A stretch of 62,062 nt of DNA, counting the filler, from Choristocarpus tenellus KU-1152 (taxonomy: Eukaryota > Protista > Phaeophyceae), in NCBI GenBank assembly GCA_964200185.2. It is 7 parts of 7 records of this genome, joined end to end, with 100 filler letters (N's around TTAATTAATTAA, not from the genome) between each part and the next. Parts side by side here need not be neighbours in the genome. Positions count along the whole stretch, not along the records: positions 1 to 6,624 come from CAXNAD020007729.1; positions 6,725 to 18,161 come from CAXNAD020002319.1; 5 more parts are not named here. One strand, 5' to 3'. The notes under the pieces were generated by a model. The model searched no databases, was not told where the DNA came from, and saw only the letters and a list, made by a program, of their open reading frames with translations. The first letter of the stretch is position 1. Every line of letters begins with the position of its first letter. The position numbers and the translations under genes were made by a program. This document shows positions 1 through 12,900 of this stretch, in pieces.

Positions 1-997
1 TTGTGTTAAAGTATCTCCCAAATCATCAAAGAGGATAAAGGTGATAACTCAGGGAGATTGCTTGGTGTCTGTAGATTGATTGATTAAAGTTAAGTGGGGC
101 ATGCAGCACCCCATAAATCAGAAATATTTCCTTTTATATGAGAATTTTTCTCATACAACTAATCACTAGTAAAAGGTTCTGATAACTCAACCGCTAATTA
201 ATTGTTCCTTTACTCCATACATATTTTACCGTACTGTCTGATAGAGTTGGAAGAGTTTAATCGAACAAGTGTATCCCTACTTTCATGGTGCCCGCTTGGT
301 ATCGTAGAACATGTTGCAGCCCTTTCCACTGTCGATTGCATGGTTATGCTGCATATCTTCCCAGTTCCAGCACACTTTTGGATAGGTCTGGTCGTGTCAT
401 CCCAGCTAGGAACATAAGTTTCCCCAGGATGGTTTGGTAAGGTTTGTACCTCTGGTCCAGCTCCTCCTCCTCAGTTCTTCTTGTGGTCAGGTCCATTCCC
501 GGGATTAAAGGTGATGAGGTACTCTGTACTTCTATGGATCCCATTCCTTCGCGAACAATGCTCTCTGCATAGAAATGTTGGTCTAGTGTGATGCCAGCCT
601 CATCCCGGTTGATTACCACCCCAACAGACTTGTCTGGGGTCCCGAGGTCCCGTCCTTCGTCGTACTTGGCAAGCAGATTGCTCTTCATCCTCTTTGTTTC
701 CTCGTGGAAGTTTCCAGTCAACGAGATGTCATCCACAGTGAAAAAGAACAGCGGTCCTTTCATCTGCACTCCTTTTCACATATAGACAGGCGTCAAAGTC
801 GCTAACACACTCCACCCCTCAGCTAAGATTGTTCCCTTTAGCTCCTTGTACCACTCTATTGCTGATTGCTTAAAGCCATAGATGAACCTGGCAGCTTTTA
901 CGATGGATCCATTGGGCAGTTGTAGCCATACATCTGCAAGGAATGGTGCGTTCAGGTGCGCTTGAGTGAGGTCTAGGGAGTTGATGACTCAGTTTCT

Positions 998-1255
998 GAG
1001 TCAAAGTATCTTAGAGGGTAGAGCCGTGTCCATTTGGGGGTCAAAATCCAATGTTGCGATTTTGATGTAATTTTGGCTATCGTATTTGCTAGAAAGTGCC
1101 AATATCCTTGCTCCGGACACGCCTTTTCAGGATGTATCAGTTTTATCTACTCCGAAACATTTTGGAGAAGGAAAATGTCATAAAAACCCCAAGGGAAGCC
1201 AAGCACCAAATGGACAAACAGGGCAAAAATCGTACCCTCTAAGATACTTTCAATC
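998..1255. mobile_element. MITE family A copy (258 bp) inserted in the copia RT
   Basis: TIRs GAGTCAAAGTATCTTAGAGGGTA / TACCCTCTAAGATACTTTCAATC; flanks (T)TCT and TCT. Removing it restores the RT frame (TAANRN*VINSLDLTQAHLNAP). Confidence 0.92.
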
Positions 1256-3996
1256 TCTGTTAGCTGCTGTAGCCAGGACTACCCGAATCACGTCAAATCC
1301 CACCACTGGACTGAATGTGCTGAAGTAGTCCACCCCTTCTTGTTGGGAAAAACCCCGCACCACCTGCCTGGCCTTAAATCTTTCGATGTCTCCATAGCCT
1401 GTCCTTTTGATTTAAAATATATAAATCTTGCTTTGGCAGGTCTCCTCCCTAGTGGCAGACTCTCTCCGTCATGGAAGGTTCCTTTGCTTCGTTGGCCCTC
1501 CATTTCTTGCTCCATTGCCTCTTTCCAGTGTTCTGCATCAGGCCCTGCGAGGGCTTCTGCGATGGCTGATGGCTCCTGGTGGCCTATCGAGATGTCACCT
1601 ACCATGCCCATCAAACAGTATGCATCATCCGTCCTTGTTCTGAGCAGATTCACTATATTCTTTCCCAGTTCTTCTGTATCTCCAGAGTGTAAACCCCCGT
1701 AGTCCACCCTGGGTTGTTCAGCTTTCCTGGCTGAGCTCCGTTGTTCACTTGATGAACTCGTCAAGTTCTTGCTCGTGGCTGTTGCTTGTAGTATCGGATC
1801 GACTGCAATATCGAAATCCCAATCAGAGTCGTCTTCAGCATCAGAAATCTCTCATCCGTCAAAGTCATGGTCTCTCTCTCCCCCACGAAGTCCATGATGT
1901 GTTCGTCTGGCTCGCATTTCATCACGTGGGCTGAAGTTATCAACTTGGCCTCTTGAGGAAACCAGATGTACCAACACAGTGATGTACGGTCGTGTCCCAT
2001 GATTATACCCCGCTTGGCGTATGGGTGAAAATTTGAACCGGCTCCCCTCTCTGCTGCTTCTCCTGGTGAACATAGCACTCGCTCCCCCAGGCCCAAAGCC
2101 TATCGTGGTTGAAGGATTTACCTGTTAGACGCTCGCATGGGGCCTCTCCTCCCAAGTATTTGTGTGGCATCCCTCCAGTCTTGAAGGCGACGTCCGTAAT
2201 GGCAAAGAAGCAGTACTCGTCGCCCAGCCTAGCCTTTGCCAGTTGACTCCTTGCTGCCCCCATGAGTTGCTTTATCGCCCTTTCGGCGATCCCGTTGCTC
2301 TGTGGTGTTCTCGGTGGAGATTTCCTCCATCAGGTAAGTACCGTTGTTCGCCAGCATCCTTTGGAGCTTCACCGATCTCCCAAGCTCGCCAGCACCATCC
2401 CCACTGATGCAGTGGACTTGTATACACCTTCCCTTGCCATCTGGTCGATATAGGCAGTGGTTGCATCCGTCGCCGCTGTTTTTAATCCATAAACCCTGTT
2501 GTCTTTGCTGCTCTCATTGACAAACACCTGGAAATATTTGTGACCAATGATGTCTGCTTTGAAAGGTCCCGCCAAATCCGTGTGTATAACCTCACCGGGC
2601 TGCTTGGGGGTCCTGCCACCCCGTTGATAGCTTAAGGCCTCGGACTTGCATTCCTTGCAGGTCTCGCACTGCAGTTCTGACACCACAGTAGCGTCGGTGA
2701 TCTCTAAAAGTTCATATTTCTCGAGATGCTTTATTATTGCTGATGGGTTGATATGTCCCAATATGTTGTGCCAGTCCCTCAATGTCAGCCTCTGCTTTTG
2801 GCTGGCTCGTGCAGCGCTGGCTCTCGATTCTTGTTCTTTTGTTCCTGAATCCATAAATTCTCCTCCATTCCGTCGTATACTTCCAGTACGCAATATGCGG
2901 AATGGTAGACCTGGTACCCATAGAACATCCTTCAGAACCACTCTTGTTGGTTTGCCGTCCTTGTCCGTCACCATTAGAACCATAACCCCCGGTTTCCTTC
3001 GCTTCCATTTCCCATTGTCTACGAAGGTGCATGTGCGTTTGGTGCCCCGAGTGCTTATAAGATCTTCACGATCAGGCGTAAGATGTACATTTGCTCCAGA
3101 GTCACACAATATCTCGACTTGTCTTCCACTGGAGGAGTTGAACACCGCACTTTTGTTAACCTCCTCGTCTGCTGTCATCTTGAAAGTGGAGAAGGAGCGC
3201 GCTAGGTTTCCGTCGACCTTGTTGCTGCTCCCACCAGTTGGAGGTGGTGGATATATTCCGGGTGCCATCCCAGGCGGACGTGTTGCAGGTGGCTCTCCAT
3301 TCCAATATGAACGAGACTTCCACCATTGATGGTTCATCTTCAAGCAGTATGCACATTGATTTGGTTTGGGGCCGCTTCCAGCTGATCCCCTGGTCTTTTG
3401 AGCATGGCCGTTCCTTACATTGCCATGCATTGCCAATACCCCATCATGCCCATCTTGACCTGAGTGAAGGTAAGTTGTCGACGAGATGATTGCCCGTTTG
3501 AACTCCTCATAGCTGATGCCCGGGCGCGTTGTTAATTGCGTGAACACATGTGGCATCGCTTCCTTGATCCCAAGCAGTATAGATGCCCTGTTCATGTTTT
3601 CGGATTTGGGCTCCTTAATCTCCTCGAATTCCGAAAATAGCCGTTCGAGTTTAACGACAAAATCGGTGCTGTCCTGTGACGCCGCGCACCGTAATTCTCG
3701 GAGTTTCACTTCCAACATGATGACTTGTACGGGGATCTCGTCCTCTACGAGTCCAACGTAGACTCGTTCTAATTCTAACCATGCCCCTCTGCCGTCTGGT
3801 TGACCCCCATTTTCGTATTTCCCCACAATTGTCGATGCGGACCCATTCGTTGTTTGCAGAAGGAGGAACCATAACGCTTTGTTATTCTTCGTGTGTGTGG
3901 CATGTGCCGTACACACTGCCTCTCCTGAGATGGTGGTGGGTGTTTCAGGAATCCGTATTCCCTTGTCGTAATCTCGTACAAACCCTTTCCACTAGT

Positions 3997-4510
3997 GAGT
4001 GAAAGTATCTTAGAGGGTACGAGTTTTGCCCTTATTGTCCATTTGGCTTCCCATGTTTTTTTTTACGACATTTTCCTACTCCGAAATGTTTCAGAGTAGG
4101 TAAGATGTATACGTTATGAAAAGGTGTGTTCGGAACAAGGGTATTGACACTTCCTAGCAAACGAGTGAAACTATCTCAGAGGGTACGATTTTTGCCCTGT
4201 TTGTCCATTTGGGGCTTGGCTTCTCATGGGTTTTAAATGACAATCTACCTACTCCAAAATGTTTCAGAGTAAGTAAAATGTATGCGGTGCGAAAAGGAGT
4301 GTCCAGAACGTGGATATTGACACTTCCTAACAAACAAGATGGCCAATATTACATCAAAATTGCAACATTAGGTTTTGGCCCCAAATGGACGCGGCTCTAC
4401 CCTCTAAGATACTTTGACTCAAACACAATAACCGAAAATACATCGAAATTGCAGCATTTGATTTTGGCCCCCAAATGGACGCGGCCCTACCCTCTAAGAT
4501 ACTTTGACTC
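3997..4510. mobile_element. MITE family A copy in copia gag, hosting a nested family A copy
   Basis: TIRs GAGTGAAAGTATCTTAGAGGGTAC / TACCCTCTAAGATACTTTGACTC; flanks TAGT/TAGC. Removing the element plus 4 bp restores the gag frame (LISYASGKGLYEITT). Confidence 0.92.
4163..4420. mobile_element. Nested MITE family A copy (258 bp)
   Basis: Full TIR pair with a perfect 4-bp TSD AAAC (4159-4162 and 4421-4424), inside another copy of the same family. Confidence 0.92.
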
Positions 4511-4618
4511 TAGCGTAGGAGATCAATGACAGTCTCCAAGTCGACCAGGTCTCCAATGACCTTCCTGTGGCCCCCGTCCAGACAGCAAGTTTCTTCAGTT
4601 CAGTCTCCATACTACTAA

Positions 4619-5100
4619 GGCTCATAAACTGTGCAATTTACCTTGGGAGGTAATACTATTTATCAGTAGTGAAGACAAGAAGGTGTGTACGACCCTCTTT
4701 GCTGAACGTGAAAAGAATGGTTGGAATTAGAAGAGTTCACCTTTGTGGGTGGGTGTCTTCTCATTGCTTGTTTATTATTATTTGTGCTTCCTACCTAAGT
4801 CAATGGTTATGTCAAAGTAGTTGAATGCAGAATAATAACCTACACGTAATCCCATTCATAATCCGGATGTACTATCTCATTAGTTACATCTCTCATACAC
4901 AAAATAAGGTGCACCTCACTATTATCCTATTTGCACACTGCTCTGCGGTTGTAAGTAGTGATGTCCATGGCGTCTGGGTACACGAACGAGGTGCTGCTCT
5001 GCGGTTGCAAGTAGTGATGTCCTCGTACACGAACGGAGTGAGTGCTGATGTTGTAAGTAGCGATGTCCATGACATTGTGCGTACTTGAACGAAGTAAACA
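4619..5100 (-). repeat. Putative primer-binding site and 5' LTR of the copia element
   Basis: Minus strand reads ...GCACA|GTTTATGAGCC (PBS 4629-4619) just upstream of the gag ATG. This resembles the GGTTATG(A/G)GCC half-tRNA-iMet PBS of copia elements. The far LTR boundary (TG at ~5100) is a guess because no second LTR is present. Confidence 0.5.
4937..5092. repeat. Degenerate tandem repeat, ~55-bp unit, ~3 copies
   Basis: Recurring GTTG(T/C)AAGTAG(T/C)GATGTCC...GTACACGAACG motif; possibly part of the LTR U3. Confidence 0.6.
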
Positions 5101-5699
5101 CAGCTTCCCTGGTGGTGTGCTGGTACAGATCAGCAACCTTGTGTTGTGTGGCAAGGGTGGGAGATAGGGGGGAGCATCGTGGTTCCAGGCACAGAGGGGG
5201 TTGTGGGGGGAATTGGTGGATTGCTGGGCGTGTGGACCTGAAGGTGGCCATTGGAATGTTGAGTTCGGGAGTAGTGGAGTGAGTTATGGGATTGCCCAGC
5301 AAGGAAGCCAGGGCATTTGGGTGACAAGGGTGAAGTGGTGCACTAGAATTGAGCTGCGGTGGGTTGTGGTTGGGGTGTGTGGTGGGTGGTAGGTTAAAGG
5401 AATAGCGGTGTTGGACGAGGTTGGTTGTGGAAGGAAGAAGATTGGTTGAGTCCGAGGTGTGATCATCAGTGAGATTAAGGGGTTGTAGATGGGCCGACTG
5501 TATGGAGCTTGTGGTAAGTGGAGTGTGTGTTAGGATGAGGTGTGGGAAGGATTTAAGGGTAAGGGTAGGAAGGGGTGCTCAGTGGTCTTGAACAGATCTT
5601 GTAGTTGGTTGCGGGGGGGTGAGATGTGATCGGGCAGCAGTGTGGCTGAGGTCCGCGTCCGTAGGTTTGATAGATCGGTGGTATTGATGTTGCTGGTTT

Positions 5700-5930
5700 C
5701 TGCGTAGGTTCTGTGATGTGTAGATGGGGTGGTCTTGAGCAGTTTCTTTGTTGTGTTGGGGGGTTCTTGGACAGGTTCTGTGATGTGTTGGGGGGGGTCT
5801 TGAGCAGGTGCAGTGATGTGTTGGAGGGTCTTGAGCAGGTTCTGTGATGTGTTGGAGGGTCTTTTGAGCGGGTTCTGCGGTGAGGATCTTGACCAGGTTC
5901 AATGGTGTGCGTGTGGGGGGTCTTGGGCAA
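5700..5930. repeat. Minisatellite, ~31-bp unit, ~7 degenerate copies, within a G/T-skewed region (5100-6624)
   Basis: Recurring AGGTTCTGTGATGTGTTGG(A/G)GGGTCTTGAGC unit. Confidence 0.7.
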
Positions 5931-6624
5931 GTGGTGTGGTGTGTATGACGTGGAAGGGTTGCCTGAGTGTGGAGTTTGTCGGAGGTGCTAGGGGACGGTG
6001 ATGGAGGTGGTAAGTGGTATGGAGGGTAATGACAGTGTGGTGAATGGTATAGGGACAGATGGGGCCCTGATCATTGCGGTGATGCAAAGTGGGAAGGAAT
6101 GAATAGGCCAGGGCAGTTGTGACTTGGGGAGGTGGGGCAAGGTAGGTCGGTGTGTGGGGTGGTAGAGTGTGTAGGTGAAGTCGGGAGGGCAGGTGTGTGG
6201 ATACTGTGGTTGAGGAGGTGGCGGGTTGGGGAGACACGAGGAGAAGTCCAAGGAGTACAAGTCATCCAAGCTCCGATAGTGAGATGAACGTTCCCTATGC
6301 CGGGGGCAGAGATGGAATGGGCAGGGGGAAAAGGATGTGACAAGAGGTGGTGGGCGGTGTGGTTGACGGGAGGGACTAGCCAGGGGGGGGCTGTGCAGCC
6401 AGGGTGAGGTATGATTGAGGTGTGGTCGGTTGTGGGTATGTCTTGTACTGTGGGTGTGTGCTTGGTCGTGATTGGTGGTAGGTGGGAGTGGAGGAGGTGG
6501 GTGAGGAATGGGCGGGCGGTGGGGGTGTCGATGTTGTGCTCGGCATTCTCGGTCAGTGCGGGGTGTGTGTGATGTTCGTAGATAGTGCTGCTGATACACT
6601 ATAGACACCACTGGTGGATTATGT

Positions 6625-6724
6625 NNNNNNNNNNNNNNNNNNNNNNNNNNNNNNNNNNNNNNNNNNNNTTAATTAATTAANNNNNNNNNNNNNNNNNNNN
6701 NNNNNNNNNNNNNNNNNNNNNNNN
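6625..6724. other. Artificial contig-joining spacer
   Basis: 44 N + TTAATTAATTAA (stops in all six frames) + 44 N; identical at six positions. Confidence 0.97.
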
Positions 6725-6940
6725 AAAAACAAACCTCAACCACGAAAAACAAATAAACATCATAACAAAACACGTTAGAGAGAGGGGGGGGGGGGGAGAG
6801 ATTCTACACAGAAAGAAAGAAAACAAAAATCTCATGGAGTAATCGAAGGAACAAGAAATAAAAAAAATCAGAAGAAAAAAATCAAGATATATTGAAAGGA
6901 TAAAACGGGAACCCCCCCCCCAACAAACAAAGACACTCAC

Positions 6941-9900
6941 CGGAAAGCTGGGCCATGGTGCGGAAAGCATGGTCCACATCGCCTGCATCTTCTTGGCCTT
7001 GGACTAAGCAGGCAACATAGCTCCCCACCCGCTTGGCTGCGACCATATTACGGTTGCCCTCACCCCTCTCCTCTGACTCAGACATCTATCATGTACCATG
7101 TGTTATTGATGGGAAAAGGCAATCGGTCAATTAGGGGAGGAGGCATGGGATGTGATATTTTGTTAGGTGGGGTAGGAGCAGGGTATATAATAGTATATAC
7201 TTGGTCTTCACTATCATCGCTACCACCGTCATCAACAGTCTAATGAACTAGAGCTTAATCTTGATATTACTATTTCTACATTTCTGTGCATTTTATTGAT
7301 TTTAAAGTAATACTGAGTGTTAAAAGATACTGATAATACCCCTGATCCTACAAAGTACAAAAAATAACAATACTGCAATTAGTATTAATAAATCACTTTT
7401 TTTTTTTTTTGTGTATATGAGTGTGTCCAAGGGATAGGTAAGGTAACCAAGCCACCATTATAATATCAACATAACAGTATTGATATGGTTTATTATTATT
7501 GTCATTGTACCACATACAAGTGCAAGAGTTAACCTGTATTATTAATAATTTCACAGTACATGTTGACCTAGCCTCCTATGAATATGATAGTAGTACTTCA
7601 AACATACACTGTACTGTACAAAAGACAAAGGTGACAAGGATAGCAAACCTCCAACATGCCCACAATGCGTCATCAATACAAAACAAAAATACAAGTATTG
7701 GAGTAACAGCAAACATATTATTGATACTATATTAGCAATAAACACCACTGCCCTTTGAAGATGTACCTTATACAAGAGTATAGGGGGCATATCCAGGACT
7801 CTTGACAAACATACTTTAATGCAACAGTATCACTATTGGACCATAGGGCAGAATAAGATCATTGGGTGATAAGAACCTATCACAGTCTGATTATCTACAA
7901 TGATAGACAATCTAATTCTAAATAACAGCAACTGAAAGTATCTAGTTACGCAGAATGGCAATTGCACCCTCCATCTCCCCAAGCACCAACACAACATTAC
8001 AACATCCTACGCCACGAGCAACATACTCCTTCACCATCATCAAATCAACAAACATGTATATTTACATATCACTCTAATCACCTCATGTCGACTATCATTA
8101 TTATACTACCATACCATACTATACCATACAACTAAATACTTACCTTACTGTACCCCTAGACTTGCCTCTCAAACAGACCATCCACCCATACCCTACACAC
8201 CCTATTGACATTAATATTGGAAACAAAGAGTATGAGGCCATCCATGTCCTACCCAGCTCTTAGTCACACAACCCACCAAAAAAGAAAAAAACTGCCAAGC
8301 ATCAGAGTTACACATTGAGTTTTTGTTTTAGTCAGTGGTGTGGTCTAACTAAGAAAAAAATATCATGGTGTATCTTGAATTACTTTTATCTTTCAGGGTA
8401 AAATACATACTGCCATACCACTCACCAGCTCACTTCCAGACTTGTAGGCAGCCTGTCTCTAGAAATACTTCTATTTTTTTTAAAACACCGTGAAAAACAT
8501 CACAAATGTTTTTATTACACTGTTATTACATCCATACGTAAAAATACCAACAAAAAACCCCCTACACACATACCATACCAACCACACCACAAGGTATCCT
8601 ATCTCATCTATTGATGACCTATTATCACAGTAAACACCACACCACATCAACAAACCCTAACCCTATACTCTTAGTCTGTGCACAAAGCCGAACTCACCTT
8701 GTTCTCAGAAGATGATGCCGATCGTGGGGAAGCTGCAGCTGTCCTTGGGGTACGTCTGGGTCTTTCTGGTGTCATGAAGACCTTGTTCCCTCCTTTCCCT
8801 CCAACCAGAACATTCCAGACCATTTTAACCCTTCAAAAATATAATAGAAAAGGTGTGGGAAAATAGCTTCGTGTGAGTATTGTTGGAAGAGATAGACCTT
8901 GGGATGGGATTGAGGGAGGGGGAGGGCAGTGGCACCAGGGATGGAAATATGACTGCGGGAACCTTTGGGGTGTCCTTGCAGGCATCACCACCAATAACAA
9001 TGCTTATTTGTTGCTTCTCATCAACAGGTATGTACAAACACATAATGCATACATACACTTCATTCTTGTGCTACATTTTCTGACCATAGGTACATTGATT
9101 TAGTTTGAACTATGAAAGTTTAATAAATAAAAATACTAACACTAGTACTACTACTACTAATAATGATGCCTTTCTAACAAACTAAGAGCGGGTATCGTGG
9201 CTTCAGCTTTACATTGTCATTGATATACTGCATATTGTCATACCGACCCATACAAAAAGCCACTGTATAAAAATGTTCAAATATAATCAAAAGACAAGCA
9301 ACTTTCCTATCTTCAGAAAAGATATGTACGTGCAATATGGTTGTCACATAAAACATCAGAATAACATCTATTCTATCATACACCTAACCTTAAGAACTTC
9401 ATACAAGGCTTGAAGGCATTTCAATAAACAGAATGGAATTATATTAATAGCACAGGATCTCCAACACCAACTTGCGTGTCCCCCCCCCCCAAAAAAAAAA
9501 AAAACTTTTGAAATACTGCCGAATTTTTCCCTTTAGACAAACACCANNNNNNNNNNCCCCCCCCCCAAAAAAAAAAAAGTTATGAAAATACTGACAAATT
9601 TGTCCCTAGTGATGGAACACATCCAATACAACAAACACACTCAGCAAAACCAAACTTTCTTCAAATACTCTCTTCACTGACTTGTTGGAGTAAAGTCCTT
9701 TTTTCCATCAGGGACACATCCTTCAGTCTTTCCCATCAACTCACCTGTCAAAACTCATATTGCTATCATATTATCATGTTCAATGGGCTTCATTTTTTTC
9801 ATTTAAAGAAACTGAACAATTTATTCAAAAATATATCACTATGTAGTAAGAATTAACTTACCATAAAACTACATACAGATATTATTTCAAGATCTGCATC

Positions 9901-12900
9901 ACTTACATATAGCATGCCTTTTTTCAAATCAAAATAGGACCTTCATTCTTGATACCTAATTCACTTTTAAGTGCAACACCTACAAAAAAGAAAAGAAAAA
10001 AATTGAGGTTACTCCCAAACTCACCCGCCAAAGCCTCCTAGAATAGTCTTAAAGCCATTCCGTCTCTCTTGAGGCTGCTCCCCTGGGGCAATACCCCTCT
10101 CATTGACTTCAAGAATCAGTGCCTCAGCAGCAGTAGCAGCAGTAGCAGCAGCAACAGCAGCAGCAGTTTCAGCCTGCAACAACAGTCATCAACAGACATT
10201 GAAAAAAAGGTTTTATACAGAAATATTGCCAATTTATTTTTCTTACGGAAAACTTCCTAGAAACTTTATTGTCCAGAATAAAAATAAATGATACAAAAGC
10301 GATTAAAATAAAAAACACATAAGTAATGTAAACGTATCAATGAACTACAAATACTGGAGAGGTAGCGCCCCTCTAAGTCACCGATGCTGGTGTCCATTGT
10401 TTGACATGGTCTAATTAATCGATGCATTCCAATACTCTCTCGCACCTCCTTGATTGCCTTGGCCCTTAGACGACGACTAGCCTCCTCTCTGTGTACCCTA
10501 GCCCTCCTCCTCCAAATCGCCCCCGACCATGCCGTACGCAGAGTCCTCATAGCCTTTTTTCTACTCACCAACTCTGCTCGTGCAACCCTACCCAATACCA
10601 CCTTACGCCTCCACTGTTGCAATGTCGCAGCTGCCGCATGTTCCTCCTTGGTGGGAGGCAACAGCTTAGACATCCCCCTGCAGAGGCATAGCCAGTCGTA
10701 GGCAGTTACACAAACCAAAGAGACACAGGGTAGGAAGGCTGTTGGGATTAATGTTATTATTATTATTATTATCATCACTGTTTTGATTTTTTGTAGCCCC
10801 AGTCAGAAGTAAAGAACGGGCCTCCTCATGGTGGGGGGGTCTGCCTTCCATAGGACCATCTTTATCTCAAGACAAAAAGGTATTTATGATTCACTATACA
10901 TACAATATATATCCACCAAATTTGATCTCACACTATGTCAAAGTTGAGTGCAAGAGCAGTATGATTGAAACCTACCCTGTACACTTCTCCTACTGCCCTG
11001 CTCCCTGTCTCCCAAAAAACACTCTTGCAACCCTCTGTCCAAGTCCTGCCCACCTTTCAAGACCCCCCATGACCATGTCAAGCCATTTTGAACGCTTCTC
11101 GGGGCCAGAAACGCCTTCCCTTCCTTCCCCACCAACAGCGTCAGAGCCCAAGCGTTGCTCTTGCCTCCCCTCCCCCCCTCCTCCCGAAGCTGAAACTGAC
11201 AACCGCATTGAGGAAGATGTTGAAGTGCGTGGAGTTTCCAATATACCCTGAGACGACACCTTCCAACCCACACAAAACAAAAAAAACAGAAGTTTGAAAA
11301 CCAGTGGGGATTACATTCACACCATACAGTACACAATTGATGTTATGAGAGTAGTACTAATGGTGCGTATCACAGAGACTACCTACTCTATGCACTATAC
11401 ATTTGGGATATATTTTTTTTTACAGGCATGATACTCGCTTATTTCTAATTTTCAATGTTTCAAGGACGCACTTTACCTCCCCGTAAAAAACGTAACAAAT
11501 TATCAAAATATCTTCTTTGAAACAGTTAGTCAGATACTGGAAGAAACAAAGAGAGGAAGAGACTAGGGGAGGAAGGGCCAAAGGCTGTACACTACCAGGC
11601 CCAACCCACAACAGTGCTCAAAATTCGAATGTATGATTAGGCTAAGGTATGGTATTTTTTGAGAAGACACCAAAGTGTTGGGAAAATTGACCACTGCAGG
11701 TCCCCCAAAGTACTGATGAGGTATTCAAGCTACACACTAAATCATCGACAAAAAAACTACATTTAAACTTTATGGGCTCAGTTGCTTTTGGGATCAATCG
11801 CTCAGGAGCAGTTTCATGTTCTGCTGAAGCACTACAGAGTATATATACTGTACAAATAAAATGCACCACCCTTGTTGTGTATAACCTGACCAACTAAGAG
11901 AACAAAATAAAATATAATAAACACTCTCAAGTAAAAGCACCAAGCTGTCCAAACATACAGCAAAATGAAAAAAAAAATCCTAATTACACTGCCACAGCTG
12001 CACTTACAGAGTGACAACCACAACCACGCATACAGCCATTACACATAAATAATACACCATTAGCTTGGTAAAATAGGAAAAATCAACTCAAAACATTTTT
12101 CTACTTCTGCACCTAATTGCCTCGACAATCTAAATGATTGATTCAGACTCCTTAACATCAATTTATTCAGTTATCTTCAAATAGTTCAATCACTACACAC
12201 AACCCCCATTCAGAGCATATTCCATTCACACCATCCCCCTCATTCTCTGCCTTCACCCCACACCTTTTTTTCACACAATAACACAAAGAGGTCATGTCCT
12301 ATCACATCACCCATGCCACCCCCATATCATCATAAGAATTGTAAGGAAAAAAAGAAACTCCAGTAGGTCCTGTCCTACCACATGACAAATTCCATAATCT
12401 CCAGACCCCTATGCATATGCATAACAAAAGAATTAAATAAATGTCCCACTGCCACTCCTATCCAACCACATCATCCATCACCATACCTTCTCCTTTTCCC
12501 CTTCACCCTCCTCGTCCTTATCCTCATCCTCATCCTCGTCCTCATCTTCCTTCTTCCTCCTCCCCTTCAACACCTCCAACGCAGCCCTACCAATCACGCC
12601 CTTTGCCCATTTATGCCTCATTTTTTCTACCAACTCCTCCTCTTCAGCCAGCACTGTTACCCGTGCTCTCTCCGCCTCTTCCACCCGCCGTTGCTCCAAG
12701 TATACACCTACAATGACACTGAACCGCCCAAGGACCCCCTCCGCCCACTGCCTCCTCTCCTTCTCTAACAACTCCGCCGCTTCTGCTGCCCTGGCCATCT
12801 CCTCCAGTGCAGCAACTCTCTCCCGCTCTTGTTTCTTGGATGCTGCTGCCTTGGAGACAAAACGTGTTACAACCAGTGCCGCTACCATCTTGCGCTGCCT

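Larger units (their letters stand above)
285..4629 (-). mobile_element. Degenerate Ty1/copia LTR retrotransposon (gag-PR-IN-RT), 3'-truncated, interrupted by MITEs
   Basis: Minus-strand domains in copia order. Gag starts at ATG ~4610 (METELKKLAVW...; DGRGAWLELERVY). Degenerate zinc knuckle CAYCLKMNHQWWKS; protease ILCDSGANVHL; GAG-pre-integrase WHNILGHIN...CETCKECK; integrase IHTDLAGP; RT (EALAGPDAEHWKEAMEQEM, FSPVVGFDVIRVVLA, LDLTQAHLNAP, VDDI, GKLMFLAGMTRPDLS). Several frameshifts and stops; homology is lost near position 285, before RNase H. Confidence 0.93.

Noticed and set aside
985-995. In-frame TGA in the copia RT as possible recoding or selenocysteine
   Set aside because: Falls at a probable Trp position in an element with many other stops and frameshifts; simple decay.
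2646-3329. 227-aa plus-strand ORF
   Set aside because: Antisense shadow of the copia gag-pol frame.
4209-4529. Recurrent small ORFs with ILTLPNK...PLRYFDS (also 1086, 42660, 45382)
   Set aside because: Chance translations of MITE family A copies; frames and strands are not conserved.
4937-5930. Repeat-spacer-like patterns upstream of the copia element
   Set aside because: Degenerate tandem units with related intervening sequence; ordinary LTR or minisatellite repeats.
5553-6611. Pro/His/Thr-rich ORFs (extensin-like)
   Set aside because: Overlapping ORFs in several frames result from the C/A skew and scarcity of stop codons; no splice or domain support.
9480-9620. Duplicated poly-C/poly-A block around a 10-N gap
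   Set aside because: Same assembly artefact at a homopolymer.
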